Of a DNA stretch of 64,000 bases, positions 1-13,361 are shown one piece after another. The first letter of the stretch is position 1. The number at the start of each line of letters is the position of its first letter. The notes under the pieces were generated by a model. That model worked only from the letters and a program-made list of their open reading frames with translations. It was not told the DNA's origin and searched no databases. Origin of the DNA: Paraspadella gotoi (lineage: Eukaryota > Animalia > Chaetognatha); the NCBI GenBank assembly GCA_051294375.1, contig CM119270.1, forward strand, positions 7,554,197-7,618,196, given 5' to 3'. A program made the translations under genes and the position numbers.

Positions 1-2250
1 ATTAATTTTTTTTATATTAAAAAAAATGTTTGACTTTGCATGGGTGTAATTTTGGTTTATTTTAGTTTCCAGCCGATGGGTCTTCAAACAATGAAAAATG
101 GATGAGACCATTTATAAATTTATTTCTGAAAAGGACGTAAAATGCACGAATTATCCGTGAACTAAGAACCCTAGACAAACACTAACAATACAAGCCACAA
201 ATACTTGTTTAAGGCATCAATTTCTATCTCATTAATAAACACTTTGTAAAAGAATCACTCAACCCAAAACCAAAANNNNNNNNNNTTTCTCCTATTTTCA
301 GAATCTCCTCTCTTTTGCTAAACCATGCGTTTGTTCTTTCTCATTTTTAGTGTGAGTGAGTGAGATAGAGAGAGAGAATAAGAGAAGGAGAGAGAGACAG
401 AGAGAGAGAGAGATACCGAGAGAGCGAGACAGTGAGAACGAGAGAGTGAATATGCGGTCATTTTCCTTTGATCATTTTTGTCTTATGTCTTTCGTAAGGT
501 TTTATTTACTTTATTAATTTGAATTCTTTTCAATCTCAGCTATTTAAACGTTGCAAAAACAGTTGCTATTTACAAGAAAATTTGCTTTGGTTAACAATCC
601 ATATCAAAGCCAATCAATTTGCTTTGGTTAACAATTAATATCAAAGCCAATCAAATTACTTTGGTTAACTTTCCATTGCAAAGCCAATCAATCACNNNNN
701 NNNNNNNNNNNNNNNNNNNNNNNNNNNNNNNNNNNNNNNNNNNNNNNNNNNNNNNNNNNNNNNNNNNNNNNNNNNNNNNNNNNNNNNNNNNNNNNNNNNN
801 NNNNNNNNNNNNNNNNNNNNNNNNNNNNNNNNNNNNNNNNNNNNNNNNNNNNNNNNNNNNNNNNNNNNNNNNNNNNNNNNNNNNNNNNNNNNNNNNNNNN
901 NNNNNNNNNNNNNNNNNNNNNNNNNNNNNNNNNNNNNNNNNNNNNNNNNNNNNNNNNNNNNNNNNNNNNNNNNNNNNNNNNNNNNNNNNNNNNNNNNNNN
1001 NNNNNNNNNNNNNNNNNNNNNCGCGAGTTGGAAACAAAAATAACAAGAACTATTCAATCGCCCCAACTGTGGTTAACCTTTTGGCAAAGTCCCTAAAAAT
1101 CTAAAACGGTCGTTTCGCTGCCTTTTCAGTCTTGAAGGATAATCTGGAGAAAGGGCGCCAAACAGCTGAGTCTGGCGGAGGAAAGGAGAGAAAAGAAAAT
1201 GAAGAAAGGAAGAAAGGAGGAGAAGAAAGGAAGAGAGGAAAGAAAAGAAAAGAAAATAAAGAAAGCAAAGAAAGATAGAAAAGAGAGAAAAAAATATAGA
1301 AAAAAAAATAAAGAAAGAAAGAATGAAAGAAAGAAAGAATGAAAGAAAGAAAGAATGAAAGAAAGAAAGAAAGAAAGATAAAGAAATAAAGAAGGAAAAG
1401 AAACAAGGAAAGAAAGAAAGAAAGAAAGAAAGAACGAAAGAAAGNNNNNNNNNNNNNNNNNNNNNNNNNNNNNNNNNNNNNNNNNNNNNNNNNNNNNNNN
1501 NNNNNNNNNNNNNNNNNNNNNNNNNNNNNNNNNNNNNNNNNNNNNNNNNNNNNNNNNNNNNNNNNNNNNNNNNNNNNNNNNNNNNNNNNNNNNNNNNNNN
1601 NNNNNNNNNNNNNNNNNNNNNNNNNNNNNNNNNNNNNNNNNNNNNNNNNNNNNNNNNNNNNNNNNNNNNNNNACGAGAGAGAAAAACCAAAAAACAAAGT
1701 TTGGCGACAGAGCAGCTAATTGGGAGAGCGCCAAGGATTTCGGTGGGCCTCTAGGCATCGCTGGAAGGAACATATTGGTCGGTCGGTCGGTCTGTTATAC
1801 GGTGTTTTGTAAATGATACTTTTTAATTATTTGCTATCGAGTTATCGTTCAACGATTAAAATCGAAATTTATAAAAAACATTAATTTTTTTTATATTAAA
1901 AAAAATGTTTGACTTTGCNNNNNNNNNNNNNNNNNNNNNNNNNNNNNNNNNNNNNNNNNNNNNNNAATGTTTTGACTTTGCCAATGGGTGTAATTTTGGT
2001 TTTATTTTAGGTTTCCAGACGATGGGGTCTTTTCAAATCCAATGAAAAAATGTATGAGACCATTTATAAATTTATTTTCTGAAATGACCGTAAAAATGCA
2101 CCCGAATTATCCGTTGTACTAAGAAACACCCTAGACAAAACACTAACAATACAAGCCACCAAAATACTTGTTTTTTTTTAAGGCATCAATTTTCTATCTC
2201 ATTTAATAAACACTTTTAAAAACGAATCACTCAACCCAACAACCAAAAAA
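1..2250 (+). other. Direct duplication (1-275 repeated at ~1880-2250); second copy indel-rich, probable assembly artefact
   Basis: attaattttt...gactttgc...ctagacaaacactaacaatacaagccac...cactcaaccca occurs twice. The second copy differs mainly by homopolymer-length insertions and contains an N gap. Confidence 0.8.
581..695. repeat. ~37-bp tandem repeat, 3 visible units, running into an N gap
   Basis: Unit tttgctttggttaacaatccatatcaaagccaatcaa starts at 581, 618 and ~656. Confidence 0.85.
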
Positions 2251-3149
2251 AAGACAAGAGATAGAGGAGTCATCTGAATCTCTTTCTCTCTCCCAAAAGA
2301 GATGAGGATCATCTGAATCTCTCTCCCACTCAATCTGTTTTTTCTTCCGCTTCTTTGATTTTTCAAGGTCTGACCTTAAATTTGAACAGACAACCAAAAC
2401 ATTATTTTTTTCCCTTTTGGTTATCAATTAAATTTTATTTTTTTTTTTGAGTTTTGATAAACGGAGACTTATCATTAATTAAACTGACAAGACGTACTCA
2501 CGCTCGCGGCGGTACGAACTTACTCCTATCGAATGCGCGAAGAAAACGCCCATTGTCTCGCACGCACTAAAAGTATTTTAAATATATTACAAACGACTGT
2601 TAATATATATTCGACGATAACCACGACGAAAAAGACCGAAACAACAGCGACGAGGGTACGCTCAAGATAACTTGATGATGATGACGATGATTCAGTGATG
2701 ATATTAACTACTATTAAGTTACTAAGTCCGATAGTTAACTTAATATAATAACGATTATGACGAAGACAAACGTCGAGGATAACGATGAAGGGCCCTTTAA
2801 TGATAACGACAAGAAAGACGACGATGATAACGACGATGACGACGACGACGACAACGACAATTACGACGGAGAACAAACGAAATAAATCATTTCTTTTCGA
2901 TGTCGAATCATTCGTCCCTTTTCCCCGTTTATGATCACCCGACGAAATTCATCGACAAGTTAAACGGCTCTCTCTCTCTCTNNNNNNNNNNNNNNNNNNN
3001 NNNNNNNNNNNNNNNNNNNNNNNNNNNNNNNNNNNNNNNNNNNNNNNNNNNNNNNNNNNNNNNNNNNNNNNNNNNNNNNNNNNNNNNNNNNNNNNNNNNN
3101 NNNNNNNNNNNNNNNNNNNNNNNNNNNNNNNNNNNNNNNNNNNNNNNNN

Positions 3150-3184
<35 letters not shown>

Positions 3185-3849
3185 TGAAAACTCGGTCGCA
3201 ATTAAAAGCTTAAAATTATAGATTAGTAACATTACACGGTAATTATAGCGTGGAGAAACCTCGAGAGACGAAGAGAGAGAAGAAGAGGAGCGGGAAGAGG
3301 AAGACAAAATAGAAAAAGAATACGAAGAGGAAGAGTGAAGAGTAATACGAAAAGGAGTGGAGGAGAGAGAGGGAATGTGGACTTGTGTTCGTGTCCAGAG
3401 AAAAAGAGAAGAGATGAGGAGAAGAAAGAAAGACAATAAAATCACGAAGATAAAATTATTAAAAAAAAAANNNNNNNNNNNNNNNNNNNNNNNNNNNNNN
3501 NNNNNNNNNNNNNNNNNNNNNNNNNNNNNNNNNNNNNNNNNNNNNNNNNNNNNNNNNNNNNNNNNNNNNNNNNNNNNNNNNNNNNNNNNNNNNNNNNNNN
3601 NNNNNNNNNNNNNNNNNNNNNNNNNNNNNNNNNNNNNNNNNNNNNNNNNNNNNNNNNNNNNNNNNNNNNNNNNNNNNNNNNNNNNNNNNNNNNNNNAACC
3701 GAGATAAGGAGTAGGCTAGAAAGAGGAGCGGAGATCATCTTCGTCGCAACAAAACACTGACAGCACGAGAGGGGCAGCCCGAGCCAGAACCCACGAGAGA
3801 AGCGACGCAAGAGCAGACCGAGCAGAGCAGCACGAGAGAGAGATAGTGA

Positions 3850-3965
3850 CACAGCTAAAAAGGAAGAAAAAAAAAACAAAGAAATAAGGCAAAGCCCATG
3901 CGCTGAGAAATCAATGAGAAATGGATATCAAGAAATGCTTAGCGCTAGCCGACGGCATCGGCGTC

Positions 3966-4000
<35 letters not shown>

Positions 4001-4587
4001 TGTGTAAAGGGAATCAAGAAATATGATCTTTCTTCTTTATCTTTTCTTGGCGCGTGAGTGAGAAAGGGCGTCTCTTTGCGCGGGGAGAAGGGAACGGAAT
4101 GAGAGGGAAAAGAGAAGAAAAGAGAAAAGATAGATTATTGCTTTTTTTTTGAAAAGCCATAAATATGTAATAAATATAGGTTAAATATGGACATTTGTGA
4201 GTGATCGTTTATTTGTAGAAGTCAATAGTGCCTGTAAGCGCTAACGAGTCGTGTGAGGTATGAGTTTGTGCAACTAAAACAGACATCAGCGTAAATAAAG
4301 GCAAAAAAGGAAAAAAAGCGTCGAAAGGTAAGAAGCCATATGAAAAGTGCAAGAGAGAAAGGTGCAACGACAGAGGAAAGCAAAGCCAAGCAAATCAAGC
4401 ATCAACGAGGTGAAAGGCGGAAGGGGGGGGAGAAGGGAGGAAGCGAAAGAGGAAATGAGGGAGAAGGGGAGGTGGGGCGCAGAAGAGAAAAAAGGGAGGG
4501 GGTGAAAGGAGACGAGGCGAAAAAGCGACTTATGAGCGAAAGGAAAAAAAAACTGGTTTCTGGCTTCGAAGATATCGGATTCGCCTT

Positions 4588-4618
<31 letters not shown>

Positions 4619-7374
4619 TTCCGCCCTTTTTTTTTCTTTACATCTTTTCATTCGTCACTTGGTGAGTTGAATCGTGGGTGAGTGATGATTCGACCAATTG
4701 GTTGTATTATTTGACGTGCGAATTTAATATTCTATTAATTTATCTCTTTCTGAATTTATGAATTGGCTGAGTGATTGATTGATTGATTGATTGTTTCATT
4801 CATTTCATTATAACACTTACATTATCATTCATGTCATTTTCAATTAGTCACGTCTGTTCCAATTTATCAACTTTTTCCGCCCACTTCGAATTTTCAATGC
4901 GAAGAGAGAAAGCTCTATCTCCCCGAGCGAAACCGATCATCAACAGGCGAAGCCGAAACGGCTCGGGGGCAGAAAGCCAGACCGCCCCGGAGGGCAGGCG
5001 GGCTGCGCTCGGCAGAAGGGCACCTCCACGCCGGGAGGCCGCTTCAACCCTCGCTCTGGAGACCTTACTCCCCCCGGAATGGAATAGGTGGAGGGTGAAG
5101 CTGAAGGGCAACGATTAACATTCCTACGCGGGACACACTCTCTCGTCTCACATCTTAAAAAATACATAAACATTTTTACAATTATAAAACATAAAACTTT
5201 TTTTAATTTATTTCTCTCTTTGTGAAGAAATCTTGGTGGACACCGATACTAAAAGGAATACTTGGGGGAAAAAATAGTCAAATTGAAAAAAAGGTGGTCT
5301 GCTTTAGTCGGTGTGAGAAAAGTTACTTTTGTTTACTTAAAACAAAGTCACAGTAAAAAGCAGGAAGTAGAAAAAAGAGGGGGTGAGANNNNNNNNNNNN
5401 NNNNNNNNNNNNNNNNNNNNNNNNNNNNNNNNNNNNNNNNNNNNNNNNNNNNNNNNNNNNNNNNNNNNNNNNNNNNNNNNNNNNNNNNNNNNNNNNNNNN
5501 NNNNNNNNNNNNNNNNNNNNNNNNNNNNNNNNNNNNNNNNNNNNNNNNNNNNNNNNNNNNNNNNNNNNNNNNNNNNNNNNNNNNNNNNNNNNNNNNNNNN
5601 NNNNNNNNNNNNNNNNNNNNNNNNNNNNNNNNNNNNNNNNNNNNNNNNNNNNNNAAAGGAAGCGAAAGGAAGTGAAAGGAGCAATGAAGTCGAAGTTGAC
5701 AGAAATTGTACATTAATTGCATCGAATTCGATACGAAAAAAAAATATTGAGAAATTCGCCGTACAATAGTAGACGTCACTCAAAACTACTTTAAACTCGT
5801 TTTGTTTTTTGTTTTTTTNNNNNNNNNNNNNNNNNNNNNNNNNNNNNNNNNNNNNNNNNNNNNNNNNNNNNNNNNNNNNNNNNNNNNNNNNNNNNNNNNN
5901 NNNNNNNNNNNNNNNNNNNNNNNNNNNNNNNNNNNNNNNNNNNNNNNNNNNNNNNNNNNNNNNNNNNNNNNNNNNNNNNNNNTAGTTTGATTTATTTCCC
6001 CCATGAATCAGGCTAAATCGCTCTGGCTCGATTCCAACCCCAGTTTTTCGATTTTCACCACCGATTCACCGACGAGAGAGAATTCGTTTGCGCAACAGAT
6101 TTCTGCGAAAATCGAAACGAATAAAGCGAGAAACATTTTGTTTACGAGTCGCTTTGTTGTCGTGAGTGTCGGGAGGTGGCCGTTGGCGTTGCGACTTGGT
6201 AGTAATAGTGGTCTCAGTAGTTGTTAATCATTCTTATCTTTGTTCACGTCATACGTTTTGTTTAAAACTCTTTCAGTCAATGAATCGATAAGATCCTCAC
6301 TAAAGCGTAGTAAAAATTCTAAATTTAACTTTTATTAAAATTCTAAAAGTGAGATATGAACAACATTATACTAATGAACACTAATGGATGAAAAAAAAAT
6401 TTTAAATTTACGAAGTAGGCTATATTTTTTTGAATAATTTCATACATGACTTTCACTACGCTCTTGGCTTTAAAACATAATTTCTTTAATCACCCTTTAC
6501 GCTGTCTCAATAGTACTATTTATTCATATATCTTCATTTCTGTATTACTTTTCCGCCCATTTCTGAAACTACTGGTTTTCAAATAATATTACGTTGACAA
6601 CGATTACATTTGACTCTAATGAATTACCTTAATAAAGCTACAAATTCCTTTTTCTTCTTTTTCCCCTCCCTTTCCCCCATCCCTCGTTATTCTGCCACTC
6701 GCTTTGCCACTCTTCGCCACCTCAGCTTTGCCATTCCTTCGCTTTGCCACTCTTCGCCACCTCAGCTTTGCCATTCCTTCGCTTTGCCACTCTTCGCCAC
6801 CTCAGCTTTGCCATTTCGTCACCGCCGCTCCCTTTCTTCGTCTGGTCGAAAGATAAAAAAAGTTCAACCGAATGAAAATAATGGATTTAAATTTATGTTC
6901 GTCTCTCGTTGATTTAAATGTTCGTTTTTAAATGTGCGGAACCTTTTTCGCTTTTTTGGGTCGAATTCTTTATGCCTTGTTCTCTCTCTCTGTTTCTCTC
7001 TCTCTCNNNNNNNNNNNNNNNNNNNNNNNNNNNNNNNNNNNNNNNNNNNNNNNNNNNNNNNNNNNNNNNNNNNNNNNNNNNNNNNNNNNNNNNNNNNNNN
7101 NNNNNNNNNNNNNNNNNNNNNNNNNNNNNNNNNNNNNNNNNNNNNNNNNNNNNNNNNNNNNNNNNNNNNNNNNNNNNNNNNNNNNNNNNNNNNNNNNNNN
7201 AGCGTTAAAAAGAGCCAAAGATTTAATTAACTACGAAAGACCATCCTCGCCCGTTAATCCGGTAGATGACTCTTTCTCCGTCTCTCGTTTTCGAAATTTT
7301 TTCGATATATTTCTTCTTTTTACGTTAATCTAGAATTTTCTATGGCTATCATGCGAAAGAGTCGTATAATACTA

Positions 7375-7411
<37 letters not shown>
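3850..7411 (+). other. Segment repeated as a noisy copy at ~18800-26393
   Basis: Collinear anchors: gcagcagaagattccgcc (~4608/~20058), caccaccgattc (~6056/~24093), atattacgttgacaacga (~6586/~25044) and gcgaaa(a)gagtcg...gcagagag (~7353/~26322). The first copy ends at a 25-N gap. Confidence 0.8.
6701..6815. repeat. 40-bp minisatellite, ~2.9 identical copies
   Basis: gctttgccactcttcgccacctcagctttgccattccttc starts at 6701, 6741 and 6781 (last copy partial). Confidence 0.95.
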
Positions 7412-8599
7412 NNNNNNNNNNNNNNNNNNNNNNNNNTTTTTTTATCAACTTTTTGACGGAGGAATTTCAAAGCTGCAATCAAATTAAGAAAGGCCATTTT
7501 TGAAATTTTCGATTTCATAAGGTAGTACTTATAATATAATATGGCCTACTCGCGAAAATTAAAAAAATAAAATTTTGTTTTTTTACATTTTTAAATTGGG
7601 TTTTTCACTGATTTGGGTGTGCGGGTTAGGGGTTTGTTTTTTCCTCTAATTAGACTATTTAGAAATTTTTCGTATGGTAACTTCACTCGCCTTATTATCC
7701 ACAGGTGATTTCCTTGATTTTTATCATAAACTATTATTGTTACGGACGTAAAAGAAGGTACGATTCTTTTAGCATCCTCGTGGCTGTTTTTCTTTAATCA
7801 TTTCAGGAGTCCGTCCACCACAAGGTGGGGTCAAAATGGAGCCTCTACATCAGAAACCGGGCGAACAACACAAGGCTTTTTTCCCTTGAATACGCTGATC
7901 AATTGAGTCTCTGTCAGTGAAAGAGATGTTCCATGTGCGGCTTGCGTTTTTCTTAATACCAGACTGTGAAACCTTATTTAAGCTCATGTAGTGAGAACGG
8001 ACATCACGATGGAGGCTTCTCTCATCTTTTGGTTTGAGGAGAGAGAGATGGAGAGAGAGAGAGAGGAAGAAAGAGAGAGAGAGAGACTAGAAGCTGGAGA
8101 TGACTGGAGAAGAGAGAGAGAGACAGAGAGAGGAGAGAGTGCGAACTCCTTAGAAGGGGAACCGACCAGCGATTGACGACGACGCGAACTGCCGATGACA
8201 AAGACGACGATTGTATATTGACATAGAACTTCGCAGAAAAATTAAGAGGAAAATGCAGGTAAAATCGTCATCTCAAGAGCGTCATCGCAACGTCGTCAGA
8301 CGGCCACTGCAGCGCTAAGATATCGCGCAGACCGATATGCGACTCGCCGCCGCTGAGCGTACCGAGCGACGGCGGGACTTCTCATATGTTTCGTGAAAAC
8401 AATTAAATGCATTTGATGCTTCGAGCGGCGAATCTCTGAAGAGTCCGTAACGCATATCATGCAAGTATGGTAGGTTTTCAGGAGAACGAGAAGAAAGGGG
8501 GCGGGGCGTTGGGGGGGCGTCGATGCGGAGACGAGAGACGCGGTCAGGGAGATCTAAGTATCGTATTTATTATGATGAGCGAGAGAAGAGGTCGAGGGG

Positions 8600-9310
8600 G
8601 GAGGAGGGAGAGAGAGAGAATAAAATAAAGAAATAATATAAATAAGAAATAAGAAATAATAGAGGAAAGAAGAATAAATTAGGGAAAGAAATAAATGGGG
8701 AAGAAAAATAAATAGGAAAAAAGATAAATAGGAAAGAAAATAAAGAAATAAATAGGGAAAGAAATAAAGTAGGGGGAGGAAACAGAAAGAACTAAAGTTG
8801 GGGGAAAAGAATGAAATAAATGAACATAAAAAAAGAAAGAAATAGAATAAAAAGATAGAGAAAAAAATGATCAAGAAAAAAAATAGAAGATAAAGAAAGA
8901 TAAGGAAAAAAGAAAGAAATGAAGTAGAATAATCGACAAGAAATAAAGAAGACATTAAAGACATAAATAAAGAAACTAATAAAGAACGACTAAAGAATAA
9001 GAAGAAACATAAAGAAAGAATGATGAAGAAAGAAATAAAGAATAAATATATAAATAAGGAAATAGAATAAATAAAGAAATTAAATAAAGAAAATAAAGAA
9101 AGAAATAAAAGAATAAAGAAAGAAAGAAAGAAATAAAGAAAGATCGAATAAAGAATAAATAAAAAATTATAAAATAAGGAAATAAATAAATAAAGAAATA
9201 AATTAAAAAATAAAGAAAGAAATTAAAAAAAAAAGAAGAAATAAAAAATAAATAAAGCAAATAATAAATAAAAAATAATAAATAAAGAAAGCCAGAAAGA
9301 ATAAAAATCT
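8600..9310. repeat. Degenerate (AAAG)n/(AAAT)n low-complexity tract
   Basis: About 700 bp of almost only A/G/T 4-mers. It produces the spurious F/L/Y-rich ORFs. Confidence 0.9.
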
Positions 9311-10009
9311 CTAAAAAAGGCCGCATGAGAGAGCAAGAATCTCCTCCACGCCTCCCAGTAACGTCCTTCCCCGCTCCGGCATCCACGGACTACAGCCCCG
9401 GCGGAAGCAGAGTTTCTTTGAGGGAGGTCGCCAGCGTCGCTGCCGTCTGTCTCGGTTATTAGGTCGCGACGCCGTCGTTATGCTTTTATGACTTTTTTAT
9501 TGATGTCGTCGTTGTGTGGTCGTCGTCCGTCGTCGACGTTGTCGTCTCGATACCGGAATTATTCCTTTTTGAATAATGAAGGAAATGATAATATCAATGA
9601 GACGCATCGATTGAAAGATATTAGAGAGAGGAGATGTTTGGTTGTTGTTGTTAGTAATTCTTGCCTATGTACAACTATGTACATAGAATGTGTATGTTCA
9701 TTTGTTGTGATTGAAATGAAGCGGGAAAGATAGGAAAGGGAAGCGCCAAGAAAATATGTAATCGCGATGCAGTCTCGCGGAAACTTATTCACGCATTCTC
9801 TTGCATAATTCTTATCTTGTGACCAAAATTATTGTATGGTTTGATTACTAAGTTATGCCTATATTCGAACGAACGTAGGTTCTTTACCATGACTGTTTTT
9901 CTTCAGTAGATCGGAAAGATATCAAATATATGTAAAAATCAGGCTGAAAGTAGCTTGAAACTGATGACAAAATTTCATACCATCGTCATTGTAATTGATC
10001 TGGGTTAAC

Positions 10010-10270
10010 TGGTTGATGTTTTAGACATTGTTTATTAAGTCTTTTCATTTCGTTGTGTTTTAGGTGTCAATGTTTTTTTGGACGCTGATGAGACTCTTAA
10101 AGAGAGTCGAAACATGTACGACTGAAAACTGAAAGAAAATGGGTTGTTGAATGCAAAAACTGTTTTTTCCTGAACTTAGGACTAAGCTCTGACTAAAAAA
10201 GCCGAGAGGTTTTTTTAATATATTCTTTTTACCGGCCATGTAGAATGATGGCAATATTGCTATTATTAAG
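10010..10270 (+). mobile_element. Probable Penelope-like element terminal (pLTR) fragment carrying the hammerhead
   Basis: T-rich leader, hammerhead and A-rich trailer lie between two transposase motifs. Boundaries are approximate and no RT or GIY-YIG sequence is seen. Confidence 0.45.
10075..10128 (+). ncRNA. Type I minimal hammerhead ribozyme (Penelope-like element type)
   Basis: CUGAUGA at 10085-10091; stem II gactct/agagtc at 10092-10108; GAAA at 10109-10112; palindromic ACAUGU as stem III; GUA cleavage triplet ending at 10118. Stem I is tttttggacg/cgactgaaaa, with one mismatch and two G-U pairs. Confidence 0.8.
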
Positions 10271-11479
10271 TTTCAAAAAATCCGACGATAAATATAGAAA
10301 ATATTGAAGATTTTTACCAAATCCGACTACCGGTTGAAAATCTTAGAATCTCTGGTTAAACTTGCATACTCTATAGCTATATCTGGCATAATTTCAGGCC
10401 CTTTAGCGCAGCAGAATAGTGAACTAGATTATGGCATTACAATCTAGCAAATTTTATCATCTTTGTATGATTATGCTAGTTAAATGCTGTTACATGTAAT
10501 GAGTTCAAATGGAGAAAATAAAGCGAAATTTGAGTCATACTTTTTTTTCTACCATCATCCTCAAAGTGCTGTTCATATGTTTTTCTTTGGTCTTTCTCGA
10601 TTGAATTCAATTCTTTGGCACGCCAATAGCCCAATACTCGTTATTGTTCAAAAGAAAAAGATTTGGAAATCTAAATTCTAATCGAAAAATATTATTGAAC
10701 GTTTATCCTCAAAACAAAGAAGTATATACCGTTTACTCATTATCATTTTGACTGTTCTTCCTTAATTATTCTATCTGATGACGAGATTTTGGATTCATAG
10801 GAATGGCCAATCCTGCGCCACGTTTAGCCACTTCCATTGATGATAGAAAATTCAACAATCTATATATGATCACAAAGAGCTCATTCTTCTACCGCGTAGA
10901 TATAGTTGATTAGAGAAAGAGATTATTCAAGTGTTGTCAGATGATTGAAGAATTTTTCGAGGAACGCATTTATATCACTCACTGATATCATTTTTGTTTG
11001 CAGTATATTTTATTTATAAGTAGATTCCTCCATATTTTTTTTATTTAGTCGAACGTTTTACTATTTTTTTCCATAATTTGACACGCTAAATTGTGCTCGT
11101 GATTACGCAAGAATATCATGTGAAGCAATGTAAAATTAATAGAACGCAATTTTAGTATTATGTCTCGAATAAATGAAAAAAACCTTGTTTAATCCATCGT
11201 ATGTGGGGTAATTGAATGTAGGCTTACAAATAGCATCCTCCTAACACTGATCATTCTCTAAAGAATTTTTTTTGTATAATACGATTTGAAGGAGAAAAAG
11301 AAGAATTTCAGAATGCAGGTTGTAGAAGCGTACAGATAATGTCTGACGTACTGAGCATGATAATCATGATCGCTTTTATGTGTTGATGTATAATGGGGGC
11401 AGTAAAGAAACTAAAAAAAATTCGATCATTAAGTCATTCACATGAACCCTTTCAATGGCTATTCGGCGAAATTCTTTTT

Positions 11480-12925
11480 CTTATTTAAAATGGATATAAA
11501 TAACAGAATTAAAATCCAGTATAAGGTTGTTATATTTTAAAAGAAAAATTATCCATACAAATAACACAATAATGTCTTGCTTTGTCAAATTAGTGATCGC
11601 CAGCTTAAGTATAATTTTAAATTTTATTATGATAAACAAGCCAGTGTCAAGCTTTTGTTTTTGCGAGTTAGTAATGAAAAATGATAATTTTTTTTCACAG
11701 AAAAAGGAAGACATGCCAGACTTTCATATCAAGTTGAAAACATTTTTATATTATCATTTTTTAAATATTTAAAAAGACATTTTATCAAGCTATTAAAGCA
11801 ATTTGTGCTTGTTTTTTTACTTTAACTGACAAATACAAGCAGAGATTTAATGCAGTAGAGAAAAGTTTAATGGTAATCAAAATGTAATTCAGTCTTTCCT
11901 TTTCAGATTACAAAAGAAAAAAGAAAAAAATTCACTTATGCTTTCTATGAAATTTTTAATGCTCTAGATTTATTATGGATAAAATGTAAATAAAACTATT
12001 TTTAAGAAAGATGTCCCATGTATTAGTGCTGAATTTGATACCACGCCCACCTTGCTATCTCTTTTCTTCAAAAGTTATTCAAGAAAATAACTTTTTTTAC
12101 CATTAAGACTAAGGATATTGAAGTTTTGAACTGACGCAGAACAAAATTTTCAAAAATTTTGGCAAAATTCTCACTTAATCCTATTGTACAATACTTAAAT
12201 TATTATATATAAAACTTGAAGAAAAATTTTTGTCATCTAAGAGACCATATCACTTTCGAGTTGTACCCATCGATATAACTCATTTATGGTAAATGCTGAA
12301 GAAATCAGCGAACATATGTCATTGATTTTTAATAGTTAGTACGTAGCGCAGTCAGAAATCTTTAGAGAAACTTAAATTTTTATTCTGATAATTTTGCCTT
12401 TTAAGGCTGGACGGTATAGCGTTGTAGACTATATCTCGGAAACTATTGTAGGAATTTTAAAAACGTTTTTGCAAGTGATATTGACTTCATGCTCCAGGAC
12501 TGGCATAAAAAAAAATAAAAAAATTAATTAAAGATTAGCTCTCCTTTGAGGTATCTGATTATAAGAAGAAAAATGATATTCTAGTGCTGATTTTGTAGTT
12601 GTTTTTTGTTTGTTTTTCGTTTGTTTTTTTAGTTCAATACAATGGTTAGTAAATAGTTTAGCTTTCTTGAAATTATAATAAAGTCAAACGAGCATTATAT
12701 AGTACATTAATATATTGTTAGTTCCTATCATACATGTGTTAGCAGAAAATTATAAAAAAAATCTAGCCATAATTTTTAGCACATTGATTAAAAATTTTAG
12801 CCATTTCTGGCATAATTTCAAGACGCCATCGAGCATATATTTTTTTCACCGAGTTTTAACCAGAGCTATCAGGTCAGTCAAGTCGGGACAAATAAACAAG
12901 ATGCCTTTTTGAAGGGGAAATCTGC
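11480..12925. mobile_element. Probable DNA transposon subterminal region downstream of the transposase remnant
   Basis: AT-rich and microsatellite-free, with motifs common in invertebrate DNA transposon ends (aaagttattcaagaaaa, ctatatctcggaaact). No TIR identified. Confidence 0.3.
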
Positions 12926-12953
12926 AAGGAGAGAGAGAGAGAGGAAAAGGAGA

Positions 12954-13001
<48 letters not shown>

Positions 13002-13361
13002 AGATGAGAGAGAGAGAGAGAGAGACGTGAAATCTTTAAAAAACAAAGCGTCGCCGTTTACCGGCGACGGCGACGACGATGACAGGACGAAAACCTCAAA
13101 AAGCCCAAAAACGCACGAGCGGCTTTTAAACGCCCGACGCCGCCTGACGCCGCCGACGCCGGAAAAGGCAATGGAGACAAATTCCGGCTTTCACGTGAGC
13201 GCCGGATGCCGACCCGAGATGAAGTTTGTCCGGAAGAGGGCTGTGAATCGCGAGAGCGCAAAACAAAGAGAAACGAATGAACGTCACCTTCGCGTAAACG
13301 AAATGCTGTAGTGAGGATTAAGGGAGGTTATGTTAAGGAGCTGAGGAAAATAGTTTTAGTA

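Larger units (their letters stand above)
9880..11225 (+). pseudogene. Decayed DNA transposase, hATm-like ('Cc8K15.2-like' type)
   Basis: Manual translation with frameshifts gives motifs in the expected order: HRH/VIDL (9981-10002, cf. CRHHxxEL), KSDYR..LE (10319-, cf. RDDYRELLEL), NFRP...TR(F)MA (10390-10436, cf. FRxPGAxHxARWMA), VDSS.F (~11020) and CE(R)NVKLIE...SR.NE (11119-, cf. NDxAERxVKL). Many stops and indels; assignment from remembered motifs. Confidence 0.55.

Noticed and set aside
581-695. 37-bp partly palindromic repeats of CRISPR-like length
   Set aside because: The units are contiguous with no unique spacers, there are no cas genes, and the context is eukaryotic.
619-7333. ORFs containing long X runs
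   Set aside because: They are created by N gaps.
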